Part shown: positions 1 through 10,350 of the stretch, one piece after another
How positions within the stretch are numbered: the first letter of the stretch is position 1
How the letters are laid out: every line of letters starts with the position of its first letter
From: an uncultured Porphyromonadaceae bacterium
GTDB taxonomy: Bacteria > Bacteroidota > Bacteroidia > Bacteroidales > Muribaculaceae
DNA: 64,000 nucleotides
Direction: 5' to 3'
NCBI GenBank assembly: GCA_947649495.1
Contig: CANSRU010000001.1
Location: forward strand, 54,837 to 118,836
Position numbers and translations under genes: made by a program
The notes under the pieces: model-generated
The model's input: the letters and a program-made list of their open reading frames with translations, nothing else
What the model was told of the DNA's origin: nothing
Database searches by the model: none

Positions 1-197
1 ATTGACTTGAGGTCGTAGCTATCGCTGAATGTCAGCTGGCATTCCCCTTCAAGACCGCCGTGAACATCAGTTATTAAATTGCCGGCATTGCTCGTAGAAT
101 GGACAAAACAGATTTCCACCTGAGGATGATTGACGAGCAGGCGTATCAGCTCTCCGGCCGTATATCCGGCACCACCTATTATACCTACTTTCAGCAT
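1..197 (-). CDS. argC: N-acetyl-gamma-glutamyl-phosphate reductase, N-terminal fragment (gene runs off the left edge)
   Basis: Reverse-strand translation from the ATG at 197-195 gives [34 protein letters not shown]..., the NAD-binding N-terminus typical of ArgC. The start overlaps the argG stop (ATGCTGA). Confidence 0.8.
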   Translation of the reverse strand, partial: MLKVGIIGGAGYTAGELIRLLVNHPQVEICFVHSTSNAGNLITDVHGGLEGECQLTFSDSYDLKS

Positions 198-1408
198 CCC
201 TTCTCCTTTTCTGCGCGCTCAGTCACATTATAATATATCTTCATCGGATTACCCATTATCGTGGTAAATCCCTTGACATCGTCGGCACTCCAGGCTTTGT
301 TCACCTCGCCATATTCACCGAAATCGGTCTTCATAAGGTCGTAGGGAGAATCAACCCCCACCAGCGTATAGCTTTGCGGGCGCAATGTTATCTCCACTGT
401 TCCGCACACATGAGCCTGAGTGCTTTCAAGGAATGCCTCCATATCGCGCATCACCGGATCAAGATATTGAGCCTCGTGCAGGAACATTCCATACCATGTA
501 CCTATCTGGTCCTTCCAATATAGCTGCCATTTTGTGAGAGTATGCTTCTCAAGCATCTTATGGGCTGCGATTATAAGTATCGGAGCTGCGGCCTCGAACC
601 CTACACGTCCTTTTATGCCTATTATCGTGTCACCGATGTGCATGTCGCGTCCGATGCCGAACTTAGCGCCAATGGCTTCTATTGCACGTATGGCTTCCAC
701 TCGGTCGTTATAGACCGTACCGTTAACCGCTGTCACCTCACCTTTATCAAAAGTGAGCTTCAATGTTTCCTCCCCATCACATGTAACCTGACTTGGATAT
801 GCCTCATCGGGTAAAGTCTGCTCAGAATGTAAAGTCTCCTTGCCACCGATACTTGTGCCCCACAATCCTTTGTTTATTGAATATTCCAACTTTTTAAAGT
901 CGGCCTCATACCCATGCTTTTTAAGATAATCAATCTCAAATTCGCGGGTGAGGGTCATATCGCGGGTGGGAGTTATAATCTCTATTTCAGGAGCAAGAAT
1001 CTGGAATGTGAGGTCAAAACGCACCTGGTCGTTGCCGGCGCCTGTCGAACCATGGGCTACAGCATCGGCGCCTATGCTTTTGGCATATTCAATTATGGCA
1101 ATTGCCTGAAATATTCGTTCCGACGACACACTTATAGGATATGTGCCGTTGCGCAACACATTTCCCGCAATCATATATTTTATGCTCTTGTCGTAATAAT
1201 CCTTTGTCACGTCGAGTGTGGCATGCGACGTAGCCCCGAGCTGCTTGGCGCGTGTTTCTATTACCTCAAGCTCCTTTTGCGAGAATCCGCCTGTATTCGC
1301 TATCGCGGTATGTACCTCATAGCCCAAATCCTCAGAAAGATATTTTGCACAGAAAGATGTATCAAGGCCTCCGCTGAATGCGAGCACCACTTTTTTAGTT
1401 TTTTCCAT
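191..1408 (-). CDS. argG: argininosuccinate synthase
   Basis: 405-aa ORF. The N-terminus [13 protein letters not shown] is the ATP pyrophosphatase P-loop of ArgG, and the full length looks ArgG-like. Confidence 0.93.
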   Translation of the reverse strand: MEKTKKVVLAFSGGLDTSFCAKYLSEDLGYEVHTAIANTGGFSQKELEVIETRAKQLGATSHATLDVTKDYYDKSIKYMIAGNVLRNGTYPISVSSERIFQAIAIIEYAKSIGADAVAHGSTGAGNDQVRFDLTFQILAPEIEIITPTRDMTLTREFEIDYLKKHGYEADFKKLEYSINKGLWGTSIGGKETLHSEQTLPDEAYPSQVTCDGEETLKLTFDKGEVTAVNGTVYNDRVEAIRAIEAIGAKFGIGRDMHIGDTIIGIKGRVGFEAAAPILIIAAHKMLEKHTLTKWQLYWKDQIGTWYGMFLHEAQYLDPVMRDMEAFLESTQAHVCGTVEITLRPQSYTLVGVDSPYDLMKTDFGEYGEVNKAWSADDVKGFTTIMGNPMKIYYNVTERAEKEKGC

Positions 1409-1422
1409 TATTGTGGGGGTTT

Positions 1423-2043
1423 TTATTTCTTGATTCTGATTAATTTTTTCAATTTGTTACCGATGTGCATTATATAAGGTGTAGCAGCAGTATTGTTTTC
1501 TGCCGGTTGCGCCGGGTCGTAAAGCATTCCGGTACAGAGACACATCCGGCGGTTGTTACGCTGAAGTATGTCGTAGTTCACACATCCTTTGCAACCCTGC
1601 CAGAACTCCTCGTCGTCGGTAAGTTCAGAGAACGTCACAGGCTTATAGCCCATGCGCGAATTCAGTTTCATTACCGGCAAGGATGTCGTGATACTGAATA
1701 TCTTGGCATAAGGGAAACGCATACGGGCCAATTCAAATGTTTTTTCCTTGATTCGGGCGGCAAGACCCATGTGGCGGTAGGCCGGATCCACAATAAGACC
1801 TGACGTAGCCACAAAATCGCCATGTCCCCAGCACTCTATGTAGCTGAATCCTATCAATTTTTCCCCATCAAGAGCCACAACAGCCTTTCCGCCGGTGATT
1901 TTTCGGGAAATATAGTCCGTGGAGCGGCGTGCTATACCTGTACCGCGCTGCAATGCCGATTCATAAATCAGATTGCATATCCGTTCCGCATGAACGGCAT
2001 GTTCATCGCGGGCAAACTCCACATCAATCTTTTCTGCATTCAT
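1423..2043 (-). CDS. GNAT family N-acetyltransferase of the arginine cluster (ArgA-like role plausible)
   Basis: The ORF has a GNAT core (LIVDPAYRHMGLAARIKEK) and sits immediately upstream of argG. I prefer the ATG at 2043 (MNAEK...) over the GTG at 2082 given in the ORF track. Confidence 0.75.
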   Translation of the reverse strand: MNAEKIDVEFARDEHAVHAERICNLIYESALQRGTGIARRSTDYISRKITGGKAVVALDGEKLIGFSYIECWGHGDFVATSGLIVDPAYRHMGLAARIKEKTFELARMRFPYAKIFSITTSLPVMKLNSRMGYKPVTFSELTDDEEFWQGCKGCVNYDILQRNNRRMCLCTGMLYDPAQPAENNTAATPYIMHIGNKLKKLIRIKK

Positions 2044-2095
2044 CTCTAAACTCGAAAACAGTCTTTTTAAATAAATATACACGTTTAATTCACCG

Positions 2096-2103
2096 CAAAG
2101 GTA
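2096..2103 (-). promoter_or_regulatory. Bacteroidetes -7 promoter box (TACCTTTG on the minus strand) for the GNAT-argG-argC operon
   Basis: Plus-strand CAAAGGTA is the reverse complement of TAnnTTTG. It lies about 50 nt upstream of the ATG at 2043. Confidence 0.45.
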
Positions 2104-2198
2104 CTTATTTTTTCTGTATATTTTTCCATTTTGACTAAAAAATAGCCCGCGTTAATCATTTTTCACCTTGCACGCCATCAAATCACATAGATTTACAT

Positions 2199-2223
2199 AA
2201 AAAAGCCCGACAATAGCCGGGCC
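2199..2223 (-). terminator. putative intrinsic terminator of the 2250-2708 gene
   Basis: On the minus strand, GCCCG/CGGGC forms a 5-bp GC stem (2205-2209 with 2218-2222) followed by a U-run (plus-strand A-run 2199-2204). Confidence 0.45.
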
Positions 2224-2249
2224 AACATACTTTATCTATAATAATCAGG

Positions 2250-2708
2250 TTAAATTTCCACGCCGGGATTAATATTCCGTACTATCTGAACGAAATTGCC
2301 GGCATCGGCCGGCGACAATTTAAGCCGGTAGTCGCTTGCATAACGGCGACTGTTGCTAAAGCGCACGCTCAAAGTTCCATTACCCGATACTGAGATTGAA
2401 GCCATTTCAGATATTGAGTACATCTCACCCGACTTCTTAAAAGGATAATAATGACAAACTTCGAGCATATCGCCGGAAATGACATAACGCGTGGTAAACA
2501 TACTCAGCAAATCCATCAGCGCGCTTAATCCAACCAGCACAAACAAGCCATAACGGTATGTGCGACCTCGTTCACCGGTAGACATCATCAAGAATATGCT
2601 AAACGCTATCACCGACAGAACAAATATATCTACCGCCACCTTCCACCACCTGATTTTTTGCTTGAAAACATGCTCTTCCATAACGCAAATATAACTCTTA
2701 GCTGACAT
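2250..2708 (-). CDS. hypothetical membrane protein (two TM helices plus a ~90-aa soluble, PH-like beta-rich domain)
   Basis: 152-aa ORF with two hydrophobic segments (VAVDIFVLSVIAFSIFLMM and YGLFVLVGLSALMDLL) and its own terminator. No catalytic motif recognised. The start could be the internal Met at MEEHVF. Confidence 0.6.
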   Translation of the reverse strand: MSAKSYICVMEEHVFKQKIRWWKVAVDIFVLSVIAFSIFLMMSTGERGRTYRYGLFVLVGLSALMDLLSMFTTRYVISGDMLEVCHYYPFKKSGEMYSISEMASISVSGNGTLSVRFSNSRRYASDYRLKLSPADAGNFVQIVRNINPGVEI

Positions 2709-2832
2709 TCGCCAAAATCAAATTGGATTAAAGGGATTAATATTGGCACTTTTTACATCTGTACAATTTTCAGGACCTTCAAATTTGTAATTTTGTGATA
2801 CGGAATTTTCTCACTTTTCACTCTACGGTTAC

Positions 2833-4224
2833 ATGTTGGTCACTTTACTGATTGTATTTGTAATTGGCTATCTTGTCATAGCCCTCGAACACCCCATCAA
2901 AATCGACAAAACAGCCACCGCCCTGCTGCTCGGCATGGTGATGTGGATAATCTACGCTCTTGGCGCCGAATCCATCGTACCGGTGGCATCGGCCAAGCAT
3001 TTCCAACAATTCTTAGCCGACAATCCTTCTCTTGCATCCGAAACCACGGCACATCAGGCATTGCAATACATTCTGAACGTAGATATAGTAGAGCATCTTG
3101 GCGATATATGCCAGACACTTTTATTCCTCATAGGAGCCATGACGATAGTCGAGCTAATCGATGTCCATGGAGGATTCGGCATAATCACCGACCGCATAAA
3201 CACACGCCACAAACGACGTCTGCTATGGATAATCAGTTTCACCACATTTTTCATGTCGGCGATACTTGACAATCTCACCACCACCATCGTAATGATAATG
3301 CTTCTCCGTAAACTAATAGCCCATAAGGAGGAACGGTGGCTATATGCAGGCGCAATCATAATAGCAGCCAACAGTGGCGGAGCATGGTCGCCCATAGGCG
3401 ATGTCACCACCATAATGCTTTGGGTAAACAACAATGTCACCACCCCAAACCTGATAATGTATGTGCTTCTGCCGAGCCTTGTATCTATGATTGTACCGCT
3501 TGCTATAATATCACGCTCGCTTAAAGGCACACTTGAACCGGTTGTGAAAATAAACCAGTACGACACCGATATATCCAAAGGAGAGCGCAACACTATATTT
3601 TTCCTCGGAGTAGGAGCATTGCTGTTCGTACCGTTATTCAAATCCATAACGCACCTCCCCCCATTTGTAGGCATACTGCTGTCGCTCGGCATACTATGGA
3701 CATTCACCGAGATATTCTACAACACAAAGATGCTTGAGAAAGCGAAAGAGCACCGCATACCGAAGGTGATATCGCGTGTGGACATGCCATCCATACTATT
3801 CTTTCTCGGCATACTTATGGCAGTAGCCGTGCTACAGTCAACCGGGGTACTGGCATGGCTGGCAAAAGTACTCGACGAAAACGTACATAATGTATATATT
3901 ATAGATGTGATGCTTGGCATCTTGTCATCTATAGTTGACAACGTACCATTGGTTGCCGGAACCATCGGAATGTATCCTGTAGCCGATTCAGCAGCTACAG
4001 GCTATGCAGCCAACTTTGTTGTGGACGGCACATTCTGGGAACTGCTCTCCTACTGCGCCGGTGTAGGCGGCAGCATACTTATAATAGGTTCGGCTGCCGG
4101 TGTAATAGCCATGGGGCTTGAGAAGATCAGTTTCGGCTGGTACCTCAAACGCTTCAGCGGACTCGCCCTTTTAGGATACCTTGCCGGCGCACTGACCTAC
4201 ACCATAGAAAAAATGATATTCTGA
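2833..4224 (+). CDS. nhaD: NhaD/ArsB-superfamily Na+/H+ antiporter
   Basis: 463-aa polytopic membrane ORF. The N-terminus LVIALEHPIKIDKTATALLLG and the overall pattern resemble NhaD-type antiporters. Confidence 0.8.
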   Translation: MLVTLLIVFVIGYLVIALEHPIKIDKTATALLLGMVMWIIYALGAESIVPVASAKHFQQFLADNPSLASETTAHQALQYILNVDIVEHLGDICQTLLFLIGAMTIVELIDVHGGFGIITDRINTRHKRRLLWIISFTTFFMSAILDNLTTTIVMIMLLRKLIAHKEERWLYAGAIIIAANSGGAWSPIGDVTTIMLWVNNNVTTPNLIMYVLLPSLVSMIVPLAIISRSLKGTLEPVVKINQYDTDISKGERNTIFFLGVGALLFVPLFKSITHLPPFVGILLSLGILWTFTEIFYNTKMLEKAKEHRIPKVISRVDMPSILFFLGILMAVAVLQSTGVLAWLAKVLDENVHNVYIIDVMLGILSSIVDNVPLVAGTIGMYPVADSAATGYAANFVVDGTFWELLSYCAGVGGSILIIGSAAGVIAMGLEKISFGWYLKRFSGLALLGYLAGALTYTIEKMIF

Positions 4225-4235
4225 GCGGAAAAGCC

Positions 4236-4736
4236 ATGTTGTTCCGTAAAGCAAAAGCCACCGACCTTCCGGGAATAATGAAAATTATAGATTATGCCGT
4301 TGAGCGCATGCTTTCGGAAGGGAAACAGCAATGGGACGAAACCTATCCTACCGCCATACACATAATACACGACATAAATCATGGACGTGGATATGTAATT
4401 GAGACAGAAGGAAAAATAGCAGCCTACGGAGCCGTCTGCTTCGACGGTGAACCCGCATACATGCACATTGACGGAGAATGGCGCACCGACTCAGAACAAT
4501 ATGTAGTGGTACACCGCCTGGCAGTGGCACAAAATTACCGGGAGCGCGGATTCGGCAAGAAGTACCTTAAATGCGTGGAATATCTCGCGGCCGAGAAAGG
4601 CTCCGGCAGTTTCCGCATCGACACCAATCACGACAACAGCACCATGCTGCGGTTGCTCGAAAATTCGGGATTCGAATACTGCGGAATAATAAAATATGAG
4701 TCGGGAGAACGCATGGCATTTGAAAAATTAATATAA
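4236..4736 (+). CDS. GNAT family N-acetyltransferase
   Basis: 166 aa with the acetyl-CoA binding motif HRLAVAQNYRERGFGKKYL. Confidence 0.8.
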   Translation: MLFRKAKATDLPGIMKIIDYAVERMLSEGKQQWDETYPTAIHIIHDINHGRGYVIETEGKIAAYGAVCFDGEPAYMHIDGEWRTDSEQYVVVHRLAVAQNYRERGFGKKYLKCVEYLAAEKGSGSFRIDTNHDNSTMLRLLENSGFEYCGIIKYESGERMAFEKLI

Positions 4737-4774
4737 TTTTCGTGATTTAGCTACATCACACCGCGATTAGTGAT

Positions 4775-4782
4775 TATCTTTG
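4775..4782 (+). promoter_or_regulatory. -7 promoter box TATCTTTG upstream of hisS
   Basis: Matches TAnnTTTG, 34 nt before the ATG at 4816. Confidence 0.45.
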
Positions 4783-4815
4783 CACCATTAATTAACCATT
4801 CAACCGTTAATAAGC

Positions 4816-6180
4816 ATGGCACAGAAACCCTCCATACCTAAGGGAACACGCGACTTCGGCCCCATGGAAATGGCCCGTCGCAACTATATATTCGACACCA
4901 TACGCTCCGTGTTTCAGCTCTATGGCTACAGCCAGATTGAGACACCGGCCATGGAAAACCTGTCAACCTTGATGGGCAAATATGGTGAAGAGGGCGACAA
5001 GCTACTTTTCAAACTGCTCAACTCGGGCGACTATCTGCGGGGTATCGACAAATCGCTTGTTGAAAACGACGATTACATTAAACTCACTTCTCAGATATCC
5101 GAGAAAGGATTGCGCTACGACCTTACCGTGCCGTTTGCCAGATTCGTGGTACAGCACCGCAATGAACTTCAGATGCCATTCAAACGGTTTCAGATTCAAC
5201 CCGTGTGGCGTGCCGACCGACCGCAAAAGGGACGCTACCGCGAATTTTACCAATGTGATGCCGATGTTGTCGGATCTGATTCACTCGTCAACGAGATAGA
5301 ACTGCTGCAGCTTATAGACGATGTTTTCTCTCGTCTCGGCATACGCATCACAATCAAGCTCAACAACCGCAAGGTTCTGTCAGGAATCGCCGAGCTTATC
5401 GGGGCTCCTGAAAAAATAATAGATATAACCGTAGCCATAGACAAAATAGACAAGATAGGCATAGAGAATGTCAATGCCGAGCTCGAACAGCGCGGTATAA
5501 GCCGTGAGGCGATAGAGGTGTTGCAACCGATTCTTGCCATTGACGGTTCTACATCCGAGCGTCTGGTAAAATTGCGCGACATACTGCAACCGAGTTCCAT
5601 AGGCCTTCAAGGTGTGGACGAGCTGCAGGAAGTGGTGGACGGAGTGGAGGCTCTGGGGCTTAACGCCAATCTGGAACTCGATGTGTCGCTTGCACGCGGG
5701 CTTAACTACTACACCGGCACCATAATCGAAGTAAAGGCCCGCGATGTGGCCATAGGCAGCATTACAGGTGGCGGACGTTACGACAATCTGACCGGTGTAT
5801 TCGGAATGCCCGGTCTGTCGGGGGTGGGTATATCGTTCGGAGCCGACCGCATATACGATGTACTCAACACGCTAAATCTCTATCCCTCAGACACCACTCT
5901 CGGCACTACCGTAATGTTCACCAACTTCGGCAAGAACGAGGCTGCCGCAGCTATGAAGATGATGAAAGAGATGCGCGCCGCAGGCATAAGCGCCGAAATA
6001 TATCCCGATGCCGCCAAAATGAAGAAGCAGATGGGACGTGCCGACGCTCTTTCAATACCCTATGTAGCCATAGTGGGCGAAAGCGAGTTGGCGGAATCGA
6101 AACTAACGCTCAAAAACATGACCACAGGCGAGCAGCAGCTCCTGACTGTGGACGAGGCCATACGTCTCATAAAGCAATAA
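4816..6180 (+). CDS. hisS: histidine--tRNA ligase
   Basis: 454 aa. Class II aaRS motifs are present ([24 protein letters not shown]) with a C-terminal anticodon-binding domain. Confidence 0.95.
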   Translation: MAQKPSIPKGTRDFGPMEMARRNYIFDTIRSVFQLYGYSQIETPAMENLSTLMGKYGEEGDKLLFKLLNSGDYLRGIDKSLVENDDYIKLTSQISEKGLRYDLTVPFARFVVQHRNELQMPFKRFQIQPVWRADRPQKGRYREFYQCDADVVGSDSLVNEIELLQLIDDVFSRLGIRITIKLNNRKVLSGIAELIGAPEKIIDITVAIDKIDKIGIENVNAELEQRGISREAIEVLQPILAIDGSTSERLVKLRDILQPSSIGLQGVDELQEVVDGVEALGLNANLELDVSLARGLNYYTGTIIEVKARDVAIGSITGGGRYDNLTGVFGMPGLSGVGISFGADRIYDVLNTLNLYPSDTTLGTTVMFTNFGKNEAAAAMKMMKEMRAAGISAEIYPDAAKMKKQMGRADALSIPYVAIVGESELAESKLTLKNMTTGEQQLLTVDEAIRLIKQ

Positions 6181-6235
6181 TCGTCACAAAACGATAAAAA
6201 GCGTCAAAAATTTGGCATATTACCAAAATATAGTT

Positions 6236-6243
6236 TATATTTG
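6236..6243 (+). promoter_or_regulatory. -7 promoter box TATATTTG (with TTTG at 6211-6214 as a -33-like element) for the aromatic operon leader
   Basis: Matches TAnnTTTG. The leader ORF ATG lies only 8 nt downstream. Confidence 0.5.
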
Positions 6244-6250
6244 CAGCACT

Positions 6251-6304
6251 ATGACACGATTTTACGCATATTATTATTTCCAGTCATTTTATTTCAAGGA
6301 ATAA
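6251..6304 (+). CDS. candidate aromatic-rich leader peptide MTRFYAYYYFQSFYFKE
   Basis: 17 codons plus stop, 9 of 17 residues Phe or Tyr. It lies directly upstream of an intrinsic terminator and the pheA operon. Confidence 0.5.
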   Translation: MTRFYAYYYFQSFYFKE

Positions 6305-6365
6305 AATCGGGATTTTATGCGTGAAGATGTTGAACAAATAAGAAACATACATTTTACAGATACCG

Positions 6366-6398
6366 AATCCCGCTCTTGATTCAAGAACGGGATTTTTT
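6366..6398 (+). terminator. attenuator-type intrinsic terminator in the pheA operon leader
   Basis: Stem 6366-6377 pairs with 6383-6394 (12 positions, one C.A mismatch), with a 5-nt loop, running into TTTTTT (6393-6398). It ends 13 nt before the pheA ATG. Confidence 0.65.
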
Positions 6399-6410
6399 AT
6401 TTATAGACAG

Positions 6411-7271
6411 ATGAAACATACAGTAACCATACAAGGAGTGGCAGGATGCTACCACGATGCGGCGGCCCGCCAGTATTTCCAATCGCATTTTCCCGACGAT
6501 GAGATAGAGACCCTGCCGTGCGATACCTTCAGACTGATGTTCGACCGGCTCGACATCGACCCATCGCTTATAGGCATAATGGCCATAGAAAACACCATTG
6601 CCGGTGCTCTTCTCCAGAACCACGAGCTGCTGCGGCGCAGCAATCTCACCATTGTGGGCGAACATAAGATGCGCATCTCGCACGTGCTCGCCACACTTCC
6701 AGGCCAAAGCATAAGGGATATAACCGAGGTCAATTCCCATCCTATGGCCCTGATGCAATGCGAGCAATTCATGCACCGCTACCCTCACATCAAAATGACC
6801 GAGACATTCGACACCGCCGGAAGCGCACGCGCCATCGCTGAAAAGAAACTCACGGGACACGCCGCCATCTGTGGAAGTTACGCTGCCAATCTTTACGGGC
6901 TCGACATTTTGGCCGAAGGCATAGAGACCAACAAACGTAACTTCACCCGATTTCTTATTCTTGCCGACCCCATGTCGGCCTCAAGTCTCAAGCCCAAGGA
7001 CGAATCTCTCGACAAAGCATCCATAGCATTCACTCTACCTCACACTCAGGGAGCATTATCGAAAGTGCTGACCATACTTTCATTTTACGACATGAATCTT
7101 TCCAAGATACAGTCCATGCCAATAATCGGCCGGGAATGGGAATACCGGTTCTATATAGATCTCACTTTTGACAGTTTCGCACGTTATTTAAAAGCCATTG
7201 ATGCCGTAAGGCCATTGATAACCGACTTCAAGACACTTGGCGAATATAAACAATGCACCAATGAAATCTGA
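6411..7271 (+). CDS. pheA: prephenate dehydratase
   Basis: 286 aa with a PDT domain (VTIQGVAGCYHD..., ENTIAGAL) and a C-terminal ACT domain (ESRP-like REWEYRFYIDL). Confidence 0.9.
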   Translation: MKHTVTIQGVAGCYHDAAARQYFQSHFPDDEIETLPCDTFRLMFDRLDIDPSLIGIMAIENTIAGALLQNHELLRRSNLTIVGEHKMRISHVLATLPGQSIRDITEVNSHPMALMQCEQFMHRYPHIKMTETFDTAGSARAIAEKKLTGHAAICGSYAANLYGLDILAEGIETNKRNFTRFLILADPMSASSLKPKDESLDKASIAFTLPHTQGALSKVLTILSFYDMNLSKIQSMPIIGREWEYRFYIDLTFDSFARYLKAIDAVRPLITDFKTLGEYKQCTNEI

Positions 7272-8484
7272 ACACAGACCAACGATAACGCCCGCCGACA
7301 GAGTAAGTGACATTCAGGAATACTACTTCTCGCGCCGGCTCAAGGAGGTGGCCAGACTAAATGCCGAAGGCCTCGACATAATATCGCTCGGCATAGGAGG
7401 GCCTGACCGACCGCCGCACAAGGATGTCATTGACACCCTATGCAGGGAAGCATCTGCCGCCGGCAACCACAGCTACCAGATGTCCATCGGACTGCCTGAA
7501 CTGCGAAACGGATTCGCCCAATGGTACAAAAGGCATTATGGCGTGACAGCAGATTCCTCTACTGAGATATTGCCCCTCATAGGCTCAAAAGAGGGAATCC
7601 TCCACATCTCACTCGCATGTCTCAATCCGGGCGATGGAGTGCTCGTACCCAACCCCGGCTACCCCACATATTCATCGGCAAGCAAACTGGTACAGGCCGA
7701 GATTTTCACATACAATCTCACAGCTGAGAATGGATGGCTTCCGGACTTCGACGAACTTGAGAAGCTGCCGCTCGGACGAATAAAGCTGATGTGGGTCAAC
7801 TACCCCCACATGCCCACCGGCACACCCGCCTCCATAGATCTGTTCAAGCGACTGATTGACTTCGGACAAAGGCACGGTATAGTGATAGCTCACGACAATC
7901 CCTATAGTTTCATATTAAACGACAACCCGATGAGCATAATGCAGATTCCCGGTGCAAAAGAGATTGCCATAGAGATGAACTCGCTGAGCAAAAGCCACAA
8001 CATGGCAGGTTGGCGTGTGGCCATGCTGACATCCAATCCCACATTCATCAACTGGATTCTAAAAGTAAAATCGAATGTCGACTCCGGACAGTTCAAGCCT
8101 GTGATGCTCGCTGCCGCAAAGGCCCTTGAAGCCGACAGCAACTGGTATAAGGAGCTGAATGCTGTCTATGCCTCGCGAAGGACGATTGCCGAACAGATTA
8201 TGGCTGAACTCGGCTGCACATTCGATTCCGGACAACGCGGCATGTTCCTGTGGGGACGCATACCCGACAGCGAATCGGGAAGCGAGGCTTTGGCCGACCG
8301 TATCCTGTACAACGCACGCGTGTTCATCACTCCCGGATTCATATTCGGGTCAAACGGCGAACGATACATCCGCATATCGCTTTGTGCCACCGAAGAAAAT
8401 CTAAAACGGGCTCTAATACGTATTAAAGAATATAACAGAATATCAGATGGAAAATCTACAACCGATAATATTCCCGGGAATTGA
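7261..8484 (+). CDS. class I/II pyridoxal-phosphate aminotransferase (probable aromatic/prephenate aminotransferase)
   Basis: PLP fold-type I motifs are present (NPGYPTY, NSLSKSHNMAGWR with the PLP lysine). It sits in the operon between pheA and the DAHP synthase gene. An alternative start at 7237 is possible. Confidence 0.85.
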   Translation: MKSEHRPTITPADRVSDIQEYYFSRRLKEVARLNAEGLDIISLGIGGPDRPPHKDVIDTLCREASAAGNHSYQMSIGLPELRNGFAQWYKRHYGVTADSSTEILPLIGSKEGILHISLACLNPGDGVLVPNPGYPTYSSASKLVQAEIFTYNLTAENGWLPDFDELEKLPLGRIKLMWVNYPHMPTGTPASIDLFKRLIDFGQRHGIVIAHDNPYSFILNDNPMSIMQIPGAKEIAIEMNSLSKSHNMAGWRVAMLTSNPTFINWILKVKSNVDSGQFKPVMLAAAKALEADSNWYKELNAVYASRRTIAEQIMAELGCTFDSGQRGMFLWGRIPDSESGSEALADRILYNARVFITPGFIFGSNGERYIRISLCATEENLKRALIRIKEYNRISDGKSTTDNIPGN

Positions 8485-9526
8485 CCCTGCGAAACCACTT
8501 ATAATAGCCGGACCGTGCAGTGCCGAGACCCGCTCTCAAGTGCTTGACACCGCTTCGCAACTTGCTGCTACGGGCATCAAGATATTCCGCGCCGGAATAT
8601 GGAAACCACGTACCAAACCCGGAGGCTTTGAAGGCATAGGCAGCGAAGGTCTCGAATGGTTACGTGAAGTGCGTGAAACTACCGGCATGTACACCTCGAC
8701 CGAGGTGGCCAATCATCGCCACGTGGAGGAAGCACTCAATGCCGGAATCGACATAATATGGATTGGGGCCCGAACATCAGCCAATCCTTTTGCCATGCAG
8801 GAAATAGCCGATACCATAGCGTCTATAAATCCCGATGCCACAGTACTTGTGAAAAATCCGGTGAATCCCGACCTCGAACTGTGGGTCGGAGCCTTGCAGC
8901 GCATATACAATGCAGGTGTGCGGAGGCTCGGTGCCATACACCGTGGATTCAGCACCTATGGCAAACATCTGTACCGCAACATGCCCCAATGGCACATTCC
9001 TATAGAATTGCGTCTCCGATATCCCAACCTACCTATAATCTGTGATCCATCGCACATAGGTGGAAAACGCGAACTTATCGCTCCACTTTCGCAGCAAGCC
9101 ATGGACATGGGATTCAACGGACTCATAGTGGAAAGTCATTGTAACCCTGACTGCGCATGGAGCGATGCCTCCCAGCAGATCACACCCGAAATCCTGAACT
9201 TCATTCTCAACACCCTTGTTGTCCGCGACTCCAAGCAGACCACCGAAAGCCTGACACTGCTCCGCCAGCAGATAGACCGCATAGACAATGAACTGCTTGA
9301 GATACTTAGCCGACGTATGGGTGTGTCGCGCGACATTGGACGATACAAAAAAGAACACCGCATGCCTGTGGTACAGGCCGGACGCTACAACGACATAATC
9401 CGCTCCCGCGTAAAACTTGGAGAGGAGATGGGTATGAGCGCCGAATTTATGAAAACCGTACTGCTCGCAATCCACGATGAATCTGTACGCCAGCAAATTG
9501 AAATAATAAACGACCGCAACGTATGA
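8447..9526 (+). CDS. bifunctional 3-deoxy-7-phosphoheptulonate (DAHP) synthase / chorismate mutase
   Basis: 359 aa. The N-terminal part is type I-beta DAHPS-like (IIAGPCSAE, DPSH). The C-terminal ~90 aa is an AroQ chorismate mutase (IDRIDNELLEILSRRMGVSRDIGRYK). Confidence 0.88.
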   Translation: MENLQPIIFPGIDPAKPLIIAGPCSAETRSQVLDTASQLAATGIKIFRAGIWKPRTKPGGFEGIGSEGLEWLREVRETTGMYTSTEVANHRHVEEALNAGIDIIWIGARTSANPFAMQEIADTIASINPDATVLVKNPVNPDLELWVGALQRIYNAGVRRLGAIHRGFSTYGKHLYRNMPQWHIPIELRLRYPNLPIICDPSHIGGKRELIAPLSQQAMDMGFNGLIVESHCNPDCAWSDASQQITPEILNFILNTLVVRDSKQTTESLTLLRQQIDRIDNELLEILSRRMGVSRDIGRYKKEHRMPVVQAGRYNDIIRSRVKLGEEMGMSAEFMKTVLLAIHDESVRQQIEIINDRNV

Positions 9527-10296
9527 AAATTCTGATACTCGGTGCCGGGAAAATGGGCACATTTTTCTGCGACATACTTGCACCTGACCATCAGGTGGCC
9601 GTATACGACACCAACCCCGACAAGCTAAGGTTCACATACGGAGTGGAACGTTTCAGCGACCTCAACGAGATAAGCGGATTCGCCCCCGACATTGTGATAA
9701 ACGCAGCCACTGTCAGATATACCATACCTGCGTTTGAAAGTGTGCTGCCATATTTACCCGAAAAATGTATTCTGAGCGACATAGCATCGGTCAAGACCGG
9801 ACTGCCTGAATTTTATGCCTCGTGCGGACATCCATACGCATCGAGCCACCCTATGTTCGGCCCGACATTCGCATCGCTCAGCAATCTTGCCAATGAGAAT
9901 GCCATCATAATATCGGATAGCGACCATCTTGGCAAAATATTTTTCCGCGACATCTATTCACGTCTCGGGCTCAACATTGTGGAATATACCTTCAGTGAAC
10001 ACGACGAAACAATAGCTTACTCACTATCCATACCGTTTGCTTCCACACTCGTTTTCGCCTCGATAATGAAGCACCAGGATGCCCCGGGCACCACATTCAA
10101 GCGGCACATGGCCATAGCCCGTGGACTGATGGGTGAGGATGACTATCTGCTAAGCGAGATTCTGTTCAATCCCAATACTCCACGCCAGCTTGAACAGATA
10201 CGTTCACAGCTCGCCATACTACAGAGCATAGTGGAAAAACGCGATTCGGAAGCCATGGCTGCCTATCTCGCATCCGTGCGCGGAAATATCAAATAG
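9523..10296 (+). CDS. tyrA: prephenate dehydrogenase
   Basis: 257 aa with a Rossmann N-terminus (MKILILGAGKMG) and the SSHPMFGP motif. There is a 4-nt start/stop overlap with the preceding gene. Confidence 0.85.
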   Translation: MKILILGAGKMGTFFCDILAPDHQVAVYDTNPDKLRFTYGVERFSDLNEISGFAPDIVINAATVRYTIPAFESVLPYLPEKCILSDIASVKTGLPEFYASCGHPYASSHPMFGPTFASLSNLANENAIIISDSDHLGKIFFRDIYSRLGLNIVEYTFSEHDETIAYSLSIPFASTLVFASIMKHQDAPGTTFKRHMAIARGLMGEDDYLLSEILFNPNTPRQLEQIRSQLAILQSIVEKRDSEAMAAYLASVRGNIK

Positions 10297-10350
10297 AATC
10301 TTATGCCCGATTCTTTTCACGCTCATGGATACAGTGTCTCACTTTTTTAT

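Noticed and set aside
2066-2092. An ARG-box-like sequence (TGAATTAAACGTGTATA on the minus strand) in the leader of the GNAT-argG operon.
   Set aside because: Only one TGAAT half-site is present, and no ATTCA partner lies at the expected spacing. That is insufficient to call an ArgR operator without a taxon-specific motif model.
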